A DNA stretch of 64,000 nucleotides from a virus: IMG/VR virus record IMGVR_UViG_3300015371_000005, positions 1 to 64,000 of that record. One strand, 5' to 3'. A program made the translations under genes and the position numbers. Of the stretch, positions 50,037 through 58,624 are shown one piece after another (the first letter of the stretch is position 1; each line of letters starts with the position of its first letter). The notes under the pieces are model-generated. The model saw nothing but the letters and a program-made list of their open reading frames with translations, was not told the origin of the DNA and searched no databases.

Positions 50037-50438
50037 TAGGGTGTCGAATTTCGTGGGCAAAGATAAGTCCGATCTAAGGGAAGGTAAGGTGGTCGTTTGA
50101 AGACGAAGCGCCCGGTGGCCCCTTGGACTCCGGCGGGTACACTCTCAATCTAACTAACACTCGTAAGCAGCGCAGAGTAGCATCGTAGCTGTAACCGTTA
50201 CTGCTGTGCTGTAGGCGAGCACACAAGCCTGTCAAGCAGGCTGCTGGTACCGATAGGGTGGCGCTCAACGAGTTTGTCACCCCGCTACTAGCCCTAACGT
50301 CAGGTCCGAGTGCGTGTCGAGTCAGCGTTGTCAAATGGATTCGCGATCTATTAGGCGACCAGCATCGAGCACTCCACGTATTCGGACCTGAGGTAAGGGC
50401 GGTAAATACCGCTGACAACACCACCACCAGGAGGAACT
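50037..50438 (+). other. 400-nt non-coding, hairpin-containing leader
   Basis: No credible ORF. Long-range stem AGGTCCGA/TCGGACCT, local hairpins GCCTG-TCAA-CAGGC and GCGG-TAAATA-CCGC. It ends in CTGACAACACCACCACC-AGGAGG. Confidence 0.4.
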
Positions 50439-51356
50439 ATGCGCAAGCTGCTAACAGCGCTTGCGTTGTCACTGATCTTCGCCACACCGGCATCGGCGGA
50501 CTACACGGTGACTTCGCTAACAGGCGATTGGTCCGGTAATCACGTTGCGCTTACCAGCAATGGCGTGCAATTCTCTGGCACTACCGGAGGCGAGTTGAAC
50601 TACCACGGATACGACGGCTACACGGTAAGTACGTTGTCGCACCTCAGCTACACGTTCAGCTATCACACGTCTGACACGACAGGCGTCAACGCTCCGTGGC
50701 TGGAAGTCTACACGACGGACGGCGCGATTGTGCTCTACCCGTACTCCGACAAGGTTGACTATGCGTTCCCAACGCAAGATCAGACGTTGACCTACAACAT
50801 GATTGACGGATCGGCGGAGCTGATTGAGCCGCTTGCTACTCACGCAAACTCAACGATCCTCTACATCCAAATCGGGGTCAACGACAAGGCTGACACCACA
50901 GCGCTCATAACGCGCTTTCAGATCAACGGTCTGGGACTCGTGTTCAGCAATCTCGCTACGCCGGTTGACATTCCCGATCCGCAACCCGATCCTGGCGATG
51001 AGCCGGCCGATCAGCATGACAACGGCCATCATCCGCCAACGCCGGATAACGACAACGATTACGACGATTACGACTACGACGACGCCTATGCCGACGACTC
51101 TCCGGTGTACATCGTCAAGTACGTTGGCCGTTGCAAGCGCACGCTGCACGTAGCCAAGCGCAGAGGCGAGAAGTTCATCAGTGCCCGTGCAACCATGCAT
51201 GGCAAGAAGCTGCCTGTCAAGGGTCGGACCATCGTTGTCAACCTCAGCAAGAAGCCGGTTGGCAAGTACAGCGTCAAGATCGTTGCCAAGTACCGTAAGC
51301 ATGGCAAGATTCACATCGTCAAGACCACACGCCATCTGAACGTGATGGCAAGCTAG
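50439..51356 (+). CDS. secreted hypothetical protein
   Basis: Signal peptide MRKLLTALALSLIFATPASA. Acidic DNDNDYDDYDYDD linker and a basic C-terminal domain. Confidence 0.7.
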   Translation: MRKLLTALALSLIFATPASADYTVTSLTGDWSGNHVALTSNGVQFSGTTGGELNYHGYDGYTVSTLSHLSYTFSYHTSDTTGVNAPWLEVYTTDGAIVLYPYSDKVDYAFPTQDQTLTYNMIDGSAELIEPLATHANSTILYIQIGVNDKADTTALITRFQINGLGLVFSNLATPVDIPDPQPDPGDEPADQHDNGHHPPTPDNDNDYDDYDYDDAYADDSPVYIVKYVGRCKRTLHVAKRRGEKFISARATMHGKKLPVKGRTIVVNLSKKPVGKYSVKIVAKYRKHGKIHIVKTTRHLNVMAS

Positions 51357-51382
51357 TTGACCAAATCAACCAGGGGAGAAGC

Positions 51383-51754
51383 ATGAAGTACACCAAGAAG
51401 ATTGCAGCATTGCTCGCAATCGCAATGCTTGGCGCTCTCGCTTTCACAGCCGCAGCGCAAGCTTCAACGCCAGGACAGCGTAACGCTCTGAGCAAGGCTC
51501 AGACGTACCTGCGTGTCTTGCCCTTCTCGAAGGAGGGGCTGTACGACCAGCTAAGGTACGAGAAGTTCTCTCGGTCGAATGCCCGTTGGGCCGTCAATCA
51601 CGTTCACGCGAACTGGTACGCACAGGCTGTCAGGAAGGCCAGGCAGTACCTGAAGGTAATGTCGTTCTCTCGTCAGGGACTCATCGAACAGTTGGAGTAC
51701 GACAAGTTCACACACTCGCAAGCCGTGTACGGAGTTAGCAAGGTGTACCACTGA
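51383..51754 (+). CDS. Ltp-family (host cell surface-exposed lipoprotein-like) protein, putative superinfection exclusion
   Basis: Signal peptide plus two repeats: NALSKAQTYLRVLPFSKEGLYDQLRYEKFSRSNARWAV and AVRKARQYLKVMSFSRQGLIEQLEYDKFTHSQAVYGV. Both match the Ltp repeat pattern. No lipobox Cys is present. Confidence 0.75.
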   Translation: MKYTKKIAALLAIAMLGALAFTAAAQASTPGQRNALSKAQTYLRVLPFSKEGLYDQLRYEKFSRSNARWAVNHVHANWYAQAVRKARQYLKVMSFSRQGLIEQLEYDKFTHSQAVYGVSKVYH

Positions 51755-51989
51755 CAACACCAAACCAGGAGGTGATCGTACGGGCCATGTAGTAACCGAT
51801 GAGGATTGCAATTGGGTTTACGATTACCCAAATGACCTCTTCTCACGGGCGATGCGCGAAGCCGCTCGTCGCAATTTCAACAAACTTGTCGGACTTGACG
51901 AACCGGATGAGCCATCTGCTATAGTTGGCTTCAGTAAGGCTCGGCAACGATCCGCCGAGGACAACACACCCACCACAGGAGGTAGTACC

Positions 51990-52277
51990 ATGCCGACCGT
52001 CAAGACCACGAAGTCCCCGGCCAAGCGCCAGACCCGCAAGGCGTCGCCGGTGAAGACGAGCTTCGAGCCCATCGTGCTTGAGTTCGTGCCGGATGACAAG
52101 CGCCCTGACACGCAGCCCAGCGATGAGCTGAAGGGCGCCCTGCGCTTCGCCGAGCAGACCGAGAACGGCGAGACTCCCCTCATCGGGATGCTCTACAACC
52201 GCAAGTCCGTGCTGGCCGAGCGCTACAAGGGCAAGGTCCCGCAGGGCTGGAAGGTCACCCTGGAGCCGATCTTTTAG
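51990..52277 (+). CDS. hypothetical basic protein
   Basis: ATG with SD CAGGAGG. An in-frame ATG at 51852 lacks an SD. Confidence 0.55.
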   Translation: MPTVKTTKSPAKRQTRKASPVKTSFEPIVLEFVPDDKRPDTQPSDELKGALRFAEQTENGETPLIGMLYNRKSVLAERYKGKVPQGWKVTLEPIF

Positions 52278-52286
52278 GCTCTAGCC

Positions 52287-52385
52287 GCTGCCAGTCTGAT
52301 TGCACATAGGCTGGCAGCAACTTGGCGTCAGTGGGACTCGCGTTTCTCCAGAACGCCCATACCCCACAGCCTCACTGGCGCCAAG
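52287..52385 (+). other. two strong hairpins in the intergenic region
   Basis: 8-bp stem GCTGCCAG/CTGGCAGC (52287-52318). 13-bp stem CTTGGCGTCAGTG/CACTGGCGCCAAG with one G-U pair (52321-52385). Confidence 0.55.
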
Positions 52386-52422
52386 CTGCTGCCAATCTGA
52401 CAACACACCTATAGGAGGAAGC

Positions 52423-52992
52423 ATGCCGACCATGGATGACATTCGCGCTGACGTTGTGCAGCGCACCAAGCTACTTGCAGAAGCCGTCAACAAGCTCAGC
52501 ATTGCCGATAGCTACGTTGGCGAGGCTGACGCTGCAATCGATAACGCATGGAAGGGCTGGCCGCTTGCCTACAACGACAAGTCAAGCGCTTGCAACGCCA
52601 TTGGCACGATCATCGGGATGACAAGCGAGAACGTCAAGCGCGATCTCATGGCAAGCGTCACGCAGCTTGGCCGGCTCGTGGCCCGCGATGTGATCGCTCC
52701 GGTTGCGCGACAATCAGCTTTCGAGCCTGTCGTTTGGCTGACTTCCAACAACTACATGCCGCCGCTGCGCTCGATCGATGAGGCTGAAGCAATCTGGCAG
52801 CTTGAGGGCTTGGAAGATGACGACGTTTGGGGCGCATTTGTCGAAGCGCTTGAGTCCGCGCTAGAAGAAGAGCAGGTTTACATGGCTCAGCCCGAGTACG
52901 ACAATGCGCTTTACGTAGTCAACCTCGCACAGTGGGAGCACGTTGACAGTGACTCTGACAACCTCAACGATGAGTGGCAGGTGAAGGCATGA
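52423..52992 (+). CDS. hypothetical protein
   Basis: 189 aa, preceded by CTGACAAC ... AGGAGG. Confidence 0.6.
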   Translation: MPTMDDIRADVVQRTKLLAEAVNKLSIADSYVGEADAAIDNAWKGWPLAYNDKSSACNAIGTIIGMTSENVKRDLMASVTQLGRLVARDVIAPVARQSAFEPVVWLTSNNYMPPLRSIDEAEAIWQLEGLEDDDVWGAFVEALESALEEEQVYMAQPEYDNALYVVNLAQWEHVDSDSDNLNDEWQVKA

Positions 52993-53174
52993 CCAAGAAG
53001 AAGACCGACGACAAAGTGATTACCTGGCTTCTCGCACATTGCGACGAGCGCGGCAAGAACACCGCACAGACACAGGTTGCCGCCCCGACGCAGCGCAAGG
53101 CCGAGGCGTACTTCAAGGGACTCTATCCCGACCGTGAGATCACGGCTACGGGCATCAAGGGAGATGAGGGCTGA
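52989..53174 (+). CDS. hypothetical protein
   Basis: 61 aa. ATGA overlap with the upstream gene. Confidence 0.55.
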   Translation: MTKKKTDDKVITWLLAHCDERGKNTAQTQVAAPTQRKAEAYFKGLYPDREITATGIKGDEG

Positions 53175-53374
53175 TGGACCCTATCGCTAACCTGATTGAG
53201 CAGCGTGAGATAGCCAAGCGCATACTTGACGAGCCCCTCATGAGCGATGATGCTGCAAGCAGACTGGCAGAGCTTGTCATCGCGCTTGACGAATGGCGCT
53301 TGATGGGCGGCTGGGACCCCTACGACAAGGCCGGAAGCTTAGTCATCAACGAACCTTACGCAGGAACAGACTGA
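53174..53374 (+). CDS. hypothetical protein
   Basis: 66 aa. TGATG overlap with the upstream gene. Confidence 0.6.
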   Translation: MDPIANLIEQREIAKRILDEPLMSDDAASRLAELVIALDEWRLMGGWDPYDKAGSLVINEPYAGTD

Positions 53375-53394
53375 CAACACCACCAGGAGGCATC

Positions 53395-54420
53395 ATGTAT
53401 AGCTACGAATGGGCGGTTGACAAGCTCAACCATGCTCGCAGCAAGGATGCGGGCAAGCCGGTCCAGAACAACACTCGCCTCTATGAGCGCGAGGATGGCA
53501 TCGCTGTCAAGTTCCATGCCGTCGATGTCGTCACCATCCATCCCGACGGGACCTACACCCTGCGCAACGGCGGCTGGAACACGGTCACCACGCTTGAGCG
53601 AATCCGTGATTTCTCACCTGCCAAGCTGGTTTCCGTCAATCAGGATAGGGGGGGCCGGGGCGATTGGTACGTTCAGCTTGAGCCCAATCCCGACGATCCC
53701 AAGCCCGAGTACGTGAACCGTCCCATCCCGGCGCCGTTCACCGAGCCCAATCCCGGTCCCAAGCCCGAGAACCCGTGGCTGGGCGACTGGTGGGAGCGCA
53801 ATCGGCGTTACCAGCAGTGCATGGATTTGCTTGACACCTACGGCTCGCTGGAAGGCTGGAAGGCCGAGCGCAAGATCCAGTACCGCGCTCGCCGCGACTA
53901 CCTCAAGGCCGAGCGCGAATGGTGGACTCGCAACTACATTCCGTTCTACGACGGTATCAAGGTTGACAGCGAAGGCTATGCGCCGCGCTTGCGTGCCGAT
54001 GGCCCGAGCCCGGCCAAGCTGCGCCGGTACGAGGCTGCCGTCAAGCAGATGAAGGCTCGCATCGACAAGTATGCCAAGGAGTACATCGACGCGCTCCGAG
54101 AGGGTATGCCAATGCCAGGTTCGGGTGATTGCTGGTTCTGCGCGATGACGGCCGAGAACGGCCAGCCACTAGGCGACGCTACCGGCAACCACGATCACCT
54201 CATCAACCATATGGAGGATGACTACTACGTCCCGAGCCTCGCTGTCAATGCGATTCGTGAGGCTGGCTACAGTGACACAGGCATCTACATCTTCCTGAAC
54301 ATAAAGCCCGAGCAGGGAACGATGGGAGGCCATGCCAATCACTTCGACAACAGGATTGTAAAGAAGAGCATTGTGTCCTATATGCGCAAGCGGCTCCTCC
54401 CACAAGCTCCGACAGAGTAA
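53395..54420 (+). CDS. hypothetical protein
   Basis: 341 aa, preceded by CTGACAACACCACC-AGGAGG. Cys/His segment GSGDCWFCAM...GNHDHLINHMEDDYY. Confidence 0.65.
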   Translation: MYSYEWAVDKLNHARSKDAGKPVQNNTRLYEREDGIAVKFHAVDVVTIHPDGTYTLRNGGWNTVTTLERIRDFSPAKLVSVNQDRGGRGDWYVQLEPNPDDPKPEYVNRPIPAPFTEPNPGPKPENPWLGDWWERNRRYQQCMDLLDTYGSLEGWKAERKIQYRARRDYLKAEREWWTRNYIPFYDGIKVDSEGYAPRLRADGPSPAKLRRYEAAVKQMKARIDKYAKEYIDALREGMPMPGSGDCWFCAMTAENGQPLGDATGNHDHLINHMEDDYYVPSLAVNAIREAGYSDTGIYIFLNIKPEQGTMGGHANHFDNRIVKKSIVSYMRKRLLPQAPTE

Positions 54421-54430
54421 GGAGAATAGC

Positions 54431-54703
54431 ATGCCAAGATACGAATCAATCAACACGAAGATCATCAACGAGAGCGACTCACTCACCGCGCTAACCGACG
54501 CGCTGACCGATCTCATGCTCATCTACGGCACAGACGACATCCAGTCACCGCGTATGCAAGCCGCGCTTGATGTTGCCCTCAACTCGGCTGTCAATACCCA
54601 TTACCCGGCCGAGATCAATGGCGACAGCGAGGGTTACACAATCATCATCGAACCCAATGATGGCGATCCCTACAAGCTGGCTGACAGAAAGGCGGCGTCA
54701 TGA
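54431..54703 (+). CDS. hypothetical protein
   Basis: 90 aa with SD AAGGAG. Confidence 0.6.
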   Translation: MPRYESINTKIINESDSLTALTDALTDLMLIYGTDDIQSPRMQAALDVALNSAVNTHYPAEINGDSEGYTIIIEPNDGDPYKLADRKAAS

Positions 54704-54963
54704 AAGTTGAAGTTCTGCACTATCGCGATCCCGATTCGTCGTGCGATATCACTGTCTGGATCGACGGAAAACTAGTTGACTGCACGGTTGAGGACATCGA
54801 TCCCGGTCGCGGCTACATGATGAGCGATTGGGAAGAGCGCATCCGTGACAATCGGGAGAACACGACGTACTCGGAGCCCTTCAGGCAGGCTGTCGATGAA
54901 GCGCTGGAGGCCGCAAGCGGCAGCAAGTACATTGAGGACGACAGCGAATACATCGAGGACTGA
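54700..54963 (+). CDS. hypothetical protein
   Basis: 87 aa. ATGA overlap with the upstream gene. Confidence 0.6.
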   Translation: MKVEVLHYRDPDSSCDITVWIDGKLVDCTVEDIDPGRGYMMSDWEERIRDNRENTTYSEPFRQAVDEALEAASGSKYIEDDSEYIED

Positions 54964-54964
54964 C

Positions 54965-55189
54965 ATGGCCGAAGACAATGTGCAAGTGACGTTGCCGAGA
55001 AGGCTCGTCAACCTACTTCCCCAAGCAATCGACGATGCAATCTGGTATCGCATGAGCGATGACGAGGACGAGGATGGCAAAAACGACAATGCGCAGGCTG
55101 ATCGTTACCGCGAGCTACTTGCCATGATTCAGACGAGCGAACTGTTCGGACCGAGCAAGATCGAAAACGAACTCGACATACAGGAGTAG
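54965..55189 (+). CDS. hypothetical acidic protein
   Basis: 74 aa from the internal ATG, directly after the upstream stop. Confidence 0.55.
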   Translation: MAEDNVQVTLPRRLVNLLPQAIDDAIWYRMSDDEDEDGKNDNAQADRYRELLAMIQTSELFGPSKIENELDIQE

Positions 55190-55191
55190 AC

Positions 55192-55389
55192 ATGGCAATC
55201 ATGATTCTGGCCGTCGAGCTGGAAGACATGCAGGAAACGCCTGCGGCCGGATCGCTGGGCGATTGGTCCAACGACGAATGGACCTTTCTCGACGTGGCGG
55301 TGGCAACAACCATACTCGGCGACGTGGTTGACGCAGAGAATGTCAGCGTCGTTGTCGAGGCGATCAACTCGGCGCTAACCACACGCTGA
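55192..55389 (+). CDS. hypothetical protein
   Basis: 65-aa ORF. Confidence 0.55.
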   Translation: MAIMILAVELEDMQETPAAGSLGDWSNDEWTFLDVAVATTILGDVVDAENVSVVVEAINSALTTR

Positions 55390-55485
55390 GCCGGCGTTTG
55401 CTAGACTGGCACCGGGCTGGATGAGTGCCCTGGAAGTCGCTCGTCCGGCCCCTATTACTTACCTCAATGGCGAAGGAGAATTTCG

Positions 55486-57090
55486 ATGGCACAGCCTCGA
55501 AACGCAAAGCCGAAGCACAGCAGACTTGACGGGCAGGAAGTCAAGTACAAGCTCACTGACGAACAAGAAGCAATCCGACAGGCTGTCAAGCAAGGCGGCG
55601 ACGGCGTGATCGGAGCCTATGCCGGCACGGGCAAGACGTTCATGCTGCGTACGATCGCTGAGGACACTCCGCGACGCAAGTTCCACCTCGCTGCCTACAA
55701 CCGGGCGATTGCCGACGACGCGAAGAAGTCCTTCCCGCGCAACGCAACGTGCCGGACGATGCACTCAATCGCATTTCAGGCAGTCGGACTCAACTACAAG
55801 CACCGTCTGAGTTCGCCTCGTATGCGGGGTAAGGATGTTGCTCGCATTCTCGGCATCAAGCAGGGATTCCTTGTGCGCCAAGGACATTTCCTGCGCGATT
55901 GGCAGCTTGCCATGCTCGTCAATCAGACCGTCAAGAACTTCTGCTACAGCGCTGACGAGATGCCTGCGCCGCAGCATGTGCCATGGGTTCCGGGCGCTGA
56001 GGAGACGTTCGATGAGCTGTCGAACATGCTCGCACAGTATGCCGGCAAGGCGTGGATCGACATCCAGAAGCAGGATGGGATGCTCAAGTTCGAGCATGAC
56101 CACTACCTCAAGATGTGGGCGTTGACCCATCCGGTCATCCGCACCGACTGCCTCATGGTTGACGAGGCGCAGGACTCAAACCCTTGCGTCACCGGGATTG
56201 TCATGGAGCAGGATTGCCAGAAGATCCTGGTTGGCGACCAGTATCAGCAGCTCTACGCCTGGCGCGGCGCCAAGGATTCGATGGCAGAGTTTGAGTCTGA
56301 TTGGCGGCTCATGTTGTCGCAGTCCTTCCGCTTCGGGCAGGCAGTCGCGGCCGAGGGCAACAAGTGGCTCAAGCTGCTTGGCGCGACAACCGACCTGAAG
56401 GGGCTCGACTCGATCGCATCCGAGGTACGCGAGCTTCCCAACGCTCGCACCATTCTCTGCCGTACCAACGCGACGGTGATTGCCGAAGCGATGCGCGTTC
56501 AGGAGGAAGGCAATACCGTTGCCATCACCGGAGGCACGGGCGATATCGAATCATTCGCCAAGGCAGTTCAGATTCTCCAGAGCAACACCGCTCTGCCCGA
56601 GCAAGCTCAGCAGCCGGTGACACACCCTGACCTGATGGGCTTCGGAACCTGGCAGGATGTCAAGGAGTATGTCGAGGAAGAGGGCTCTGACCTCAAGGTT
56701 CTCGTTGACATGATCGATCGCTATGGCGTGCCGGCGATCATGCAAGTTGCCCACCAGTCTGTCAACGAAGATAGCGCTGACACGATTGTCTCCACCGCAC
56801 ACAAGGCCAAGGGCCGCGAGTGGAGAAGTGTGCGAATTGCAGGGGATTTCAAGGAGCCTGTCGATCCCGAGACCGGCGAGCGCAAGATCAATCGCTCAGA
56901 GTTCATGCTGCTCTACGTGGCCTGCACCCGTGCCAAGCAGGTTCTCGACAACTCAAATGTCAGCTGGGTCAATGACTGGCTGCCCGAGCGAGGCGATGAG
57001 GACAAGGGCGCGAACGAACTACTTGAGTACGAGCCCGAGACCAATGGCCGCACGATCCCGGTGGCACGTAGAAAGAGAGCACAACGATGA
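55486..57090 (+). CDS. SF1 (UvrD/RecD-like) DNA helicase
   Basis: Walker A GAYAGTGKT, Walker B LMVDEAQD, motif VI-like VSTAHKAKGREW. SD GAAGGAG. Confidence 0.8.
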   Translation: MAQPRNAKPKHSRLDGQEVKYKLTDEQEAIRQAVKQGGDGVIGAYAGTGKTFMLRTIAEDTPRRKFHLAAYNRAIADDAKKSFPRNATCRTMHSIAFQAVGLNYKHRLSSPRMRGKDVARILGIKQGFLVRQGHFLRDWQLAMLVNQTVKNFCYSADEMPAPQHVPWVPGAEETFDELSNMLAQYAGKAWIDIQKQDGMLKFEHDHYLKMWALTHPVIRTDCLMVDEAQDSNPCVTGIVMEQDCQKILVGDQYQQLYAWRGAKDSMAEFESDWRLMLSQSFRFGQAVAAEGNKWLKLLGATTDLKGLDSIASEVRELPNARTILCRTNATVIAEAMRVQEEGNTVAITGGTGDIESFAKAVQILQSNTALPEQAQQPVTHPDLMGFGTWQDVKEYVEEEGSDLKVLVDMIDRYGVPAIMQVAHQSVNEDSADTIVSTAHKAKGREWRSVRIAGDFKEPVDPETGERKINRSEFMLLYVACTRAKQVLDNSNVSWVNDWLPERGDEDKGANELLEYEPETNGRTIPVARRKRAQR

Positions 57091-57272
57091 ATGAACCTTA
57101 CATCCCGCTGCGCGACATGAGCGGCAAGCTGATTAGCGAGTTGTCAACCTATGAGATCGAGCGTAGGCTGTCGATTCTGCGGCGCAACAATGATGGCCAT
57201 GCCATAACCGTCCAGTACAAGCGTGCCTATGAGGCAATGCTGAGAGAACGCGCGAGGGCTCGACATGAGTGA
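57087..57272 (+). CDS. hypothetical protein
   Basis: 61 aa. ATGA overlap with the upstream gene. Confidence 0.55.
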   Translation: MNEPYIPLRDMSGKLISELSTYEIERRLSILRRNNDGHAITVQYKRAYEAMLRERARARHE

Positions 57273-57903
57273 GCTTGTCAGTGTAGCGCCGGCCATTGCC
57301 AAGCGAGCGCGCAGGCAGCGCTGGAATCAGTTTGCCAAGTACTTCCCGTACCTTGACAAGATGACCGTACTCGATCTCGGCGGGACACTCGCATTCTGGT
57401 ATACGGCACCGGTGCTACCAAGGCAATTGACGATCGTCAATCATGTTCCTGATCCCTTGTGGAAGCACGATTCACCATGGTTGGCGGTGATTGTCGGCGA
57501 TGCTTGTGACCCGCCGCTGCCTCGCCTTCAAGGCTATGATCTCGTGTTCTCAAACTCGGTCATCGGTCACCTCGGCGGTCACTACCGGCGCGATCAATTC
57601 GCCGAGATTGTCGCATACTTCGGCGAGAACCACTGGATTCAGACCCCGTATCGCTACTTCCCGATCGATTCGTTCATGGCCTGTCCTGGTTTCATGTCTA
57701 TGCCAATCGCATTGCGTACACAAATCAGCTTGCACTGGCCGATCGGTACACGGCGAGCGCAGACCAAGCAAGAGGCAGTGGCGCGCAACCTGGAAGTAGA
57801 GTTCCTGTCCAAGACCGAGATGCAATACTATTTCCCTGACTCCACCATCGTTACAGAGCGATTCGCGGGGCTAACCAAGTCCCTGATCGCGGTGAGGAAT
57901 TGA
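57265..57903 (+). CDS. class I SAM-dependent methyltransferase-like protein
   Basis: Motif I-like VLDLGG. DLVFSNSVIGHLG is typical of Methyltransf_11/23-type enzymes. The substrate is unknown. Confidence 0.55.
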   Translation: MSELVSVAPAIAKRARRQRWNQFAKYFPYLDKMTVLDLGGTLAFWYTAPVLPRQLTIVNHVPDPLWKHDSPWLAVIVGDACDPPLPRLQGYDLVFSNSVIGHLGGHYRRDQFAEIVAYFGENHWIQTPYRYFPIDSFMACPGFMSMPIALRTQISLHWPIGTRRAQTKQEAVARNLEVEFLSKTEMQYYFPDSTIVTERFAGLTKSLIAVRN

Positions 57904-57904
57904 C

Positions 57905-58150
57905 ATGACTGAGGACGAGCTTCAAGCAACTTACGACAGACTCGTAGCCTACCGAGCGCGGACAATCAAGTATTACGACGAGTGTCCGGATGGAGATCCG
58001 CGCAAGGCACAGGCACTAGACAAGCTTCAAGAACTGAACGAGCGCATCAACGAGGTTGAGAGCGAGTTCGACCAGTTCGACAAGGAAGAGACCAAGCAAG
58101 CAGGTTGGACACCGATGTCACACCCGTATCATCCCGACGACCTGTTCTGA
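57905..58150 (+). CDS. hypothetical protein
   Basis: 81-aa ORF. Confidence 0.6.
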   Translation: MTEDELQATYDRLVAYRARTIKYYDECPDGDPRKAQALDKLQELNERINEVESEFDQFDKEETKQAGWTPMSHPYHPDDLF

Positions 58151-58162
58151 CAACCAGGAGGC

Positions 58163-58345
58163 ATGATGTACCACGATCTCTACATGGGTGAGCCTAAGCT
58201 GGCCCACGAGGAAGACTTCGATACCAACTTGACAACCGGACAGGTTGTCGCCCGCATAAGCCAAGCAGTCATCGATGGCGAGAAGCACGGCGATGAGCTG
58301 ACCATCGTTGTCAAGACATTCAGTCGGCGTCGCAAGATTGCCTGA
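58163..58345 (+). CDS. hypothetical protein
   Basis: 60 aa, preceded by CTGACAACC-AGGAGG. Confidence 0.6.
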   Translation: MMYHDLYMGEPKLAHEEDFDTNLTTGQVVARISQAVIDGEKHGDELTIVVKTFSRRRKIA

Positions 58346-58360
58346 CAACCGGGAGACACC

Positions 58361-58606
58361 ATGAATACCAACAACACACTTCGCTTCGCAGACGGAGACA
58401 CGCTCAACACGGTGCTGAGCATGATGAAAGGCTATACCGTGGACATGCCGGCGGCCAAGGATTACGTCGGAACGACAACGGTAGTTCTCGTCAGCGCCAA
58501 TCCGAACGGCGTGCTCGTCAACGAAGCTGACAATACCGGAGCACCGATCAAGAACGCAACATGGCTCATTCCTTGGGATGAGATCAAAGAGATCATCGTA
58601 GTCTGA
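58361..58606 (+). CDS. hypothetical protein
   Basis: 81 aa, preceded by CTGACAACC-GGGAGA. Confidence 0.6.
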   Translation: MNTNNTLRFADGDTLNTVLSMMKGYTVDMPAAKDYVGTTTVVLVSANPNGVLVNEADNTGAPIKNATWLIPWDEIKEIIVV

Positions 58607-58624
58607 CAACCAGGAGGCACCACC

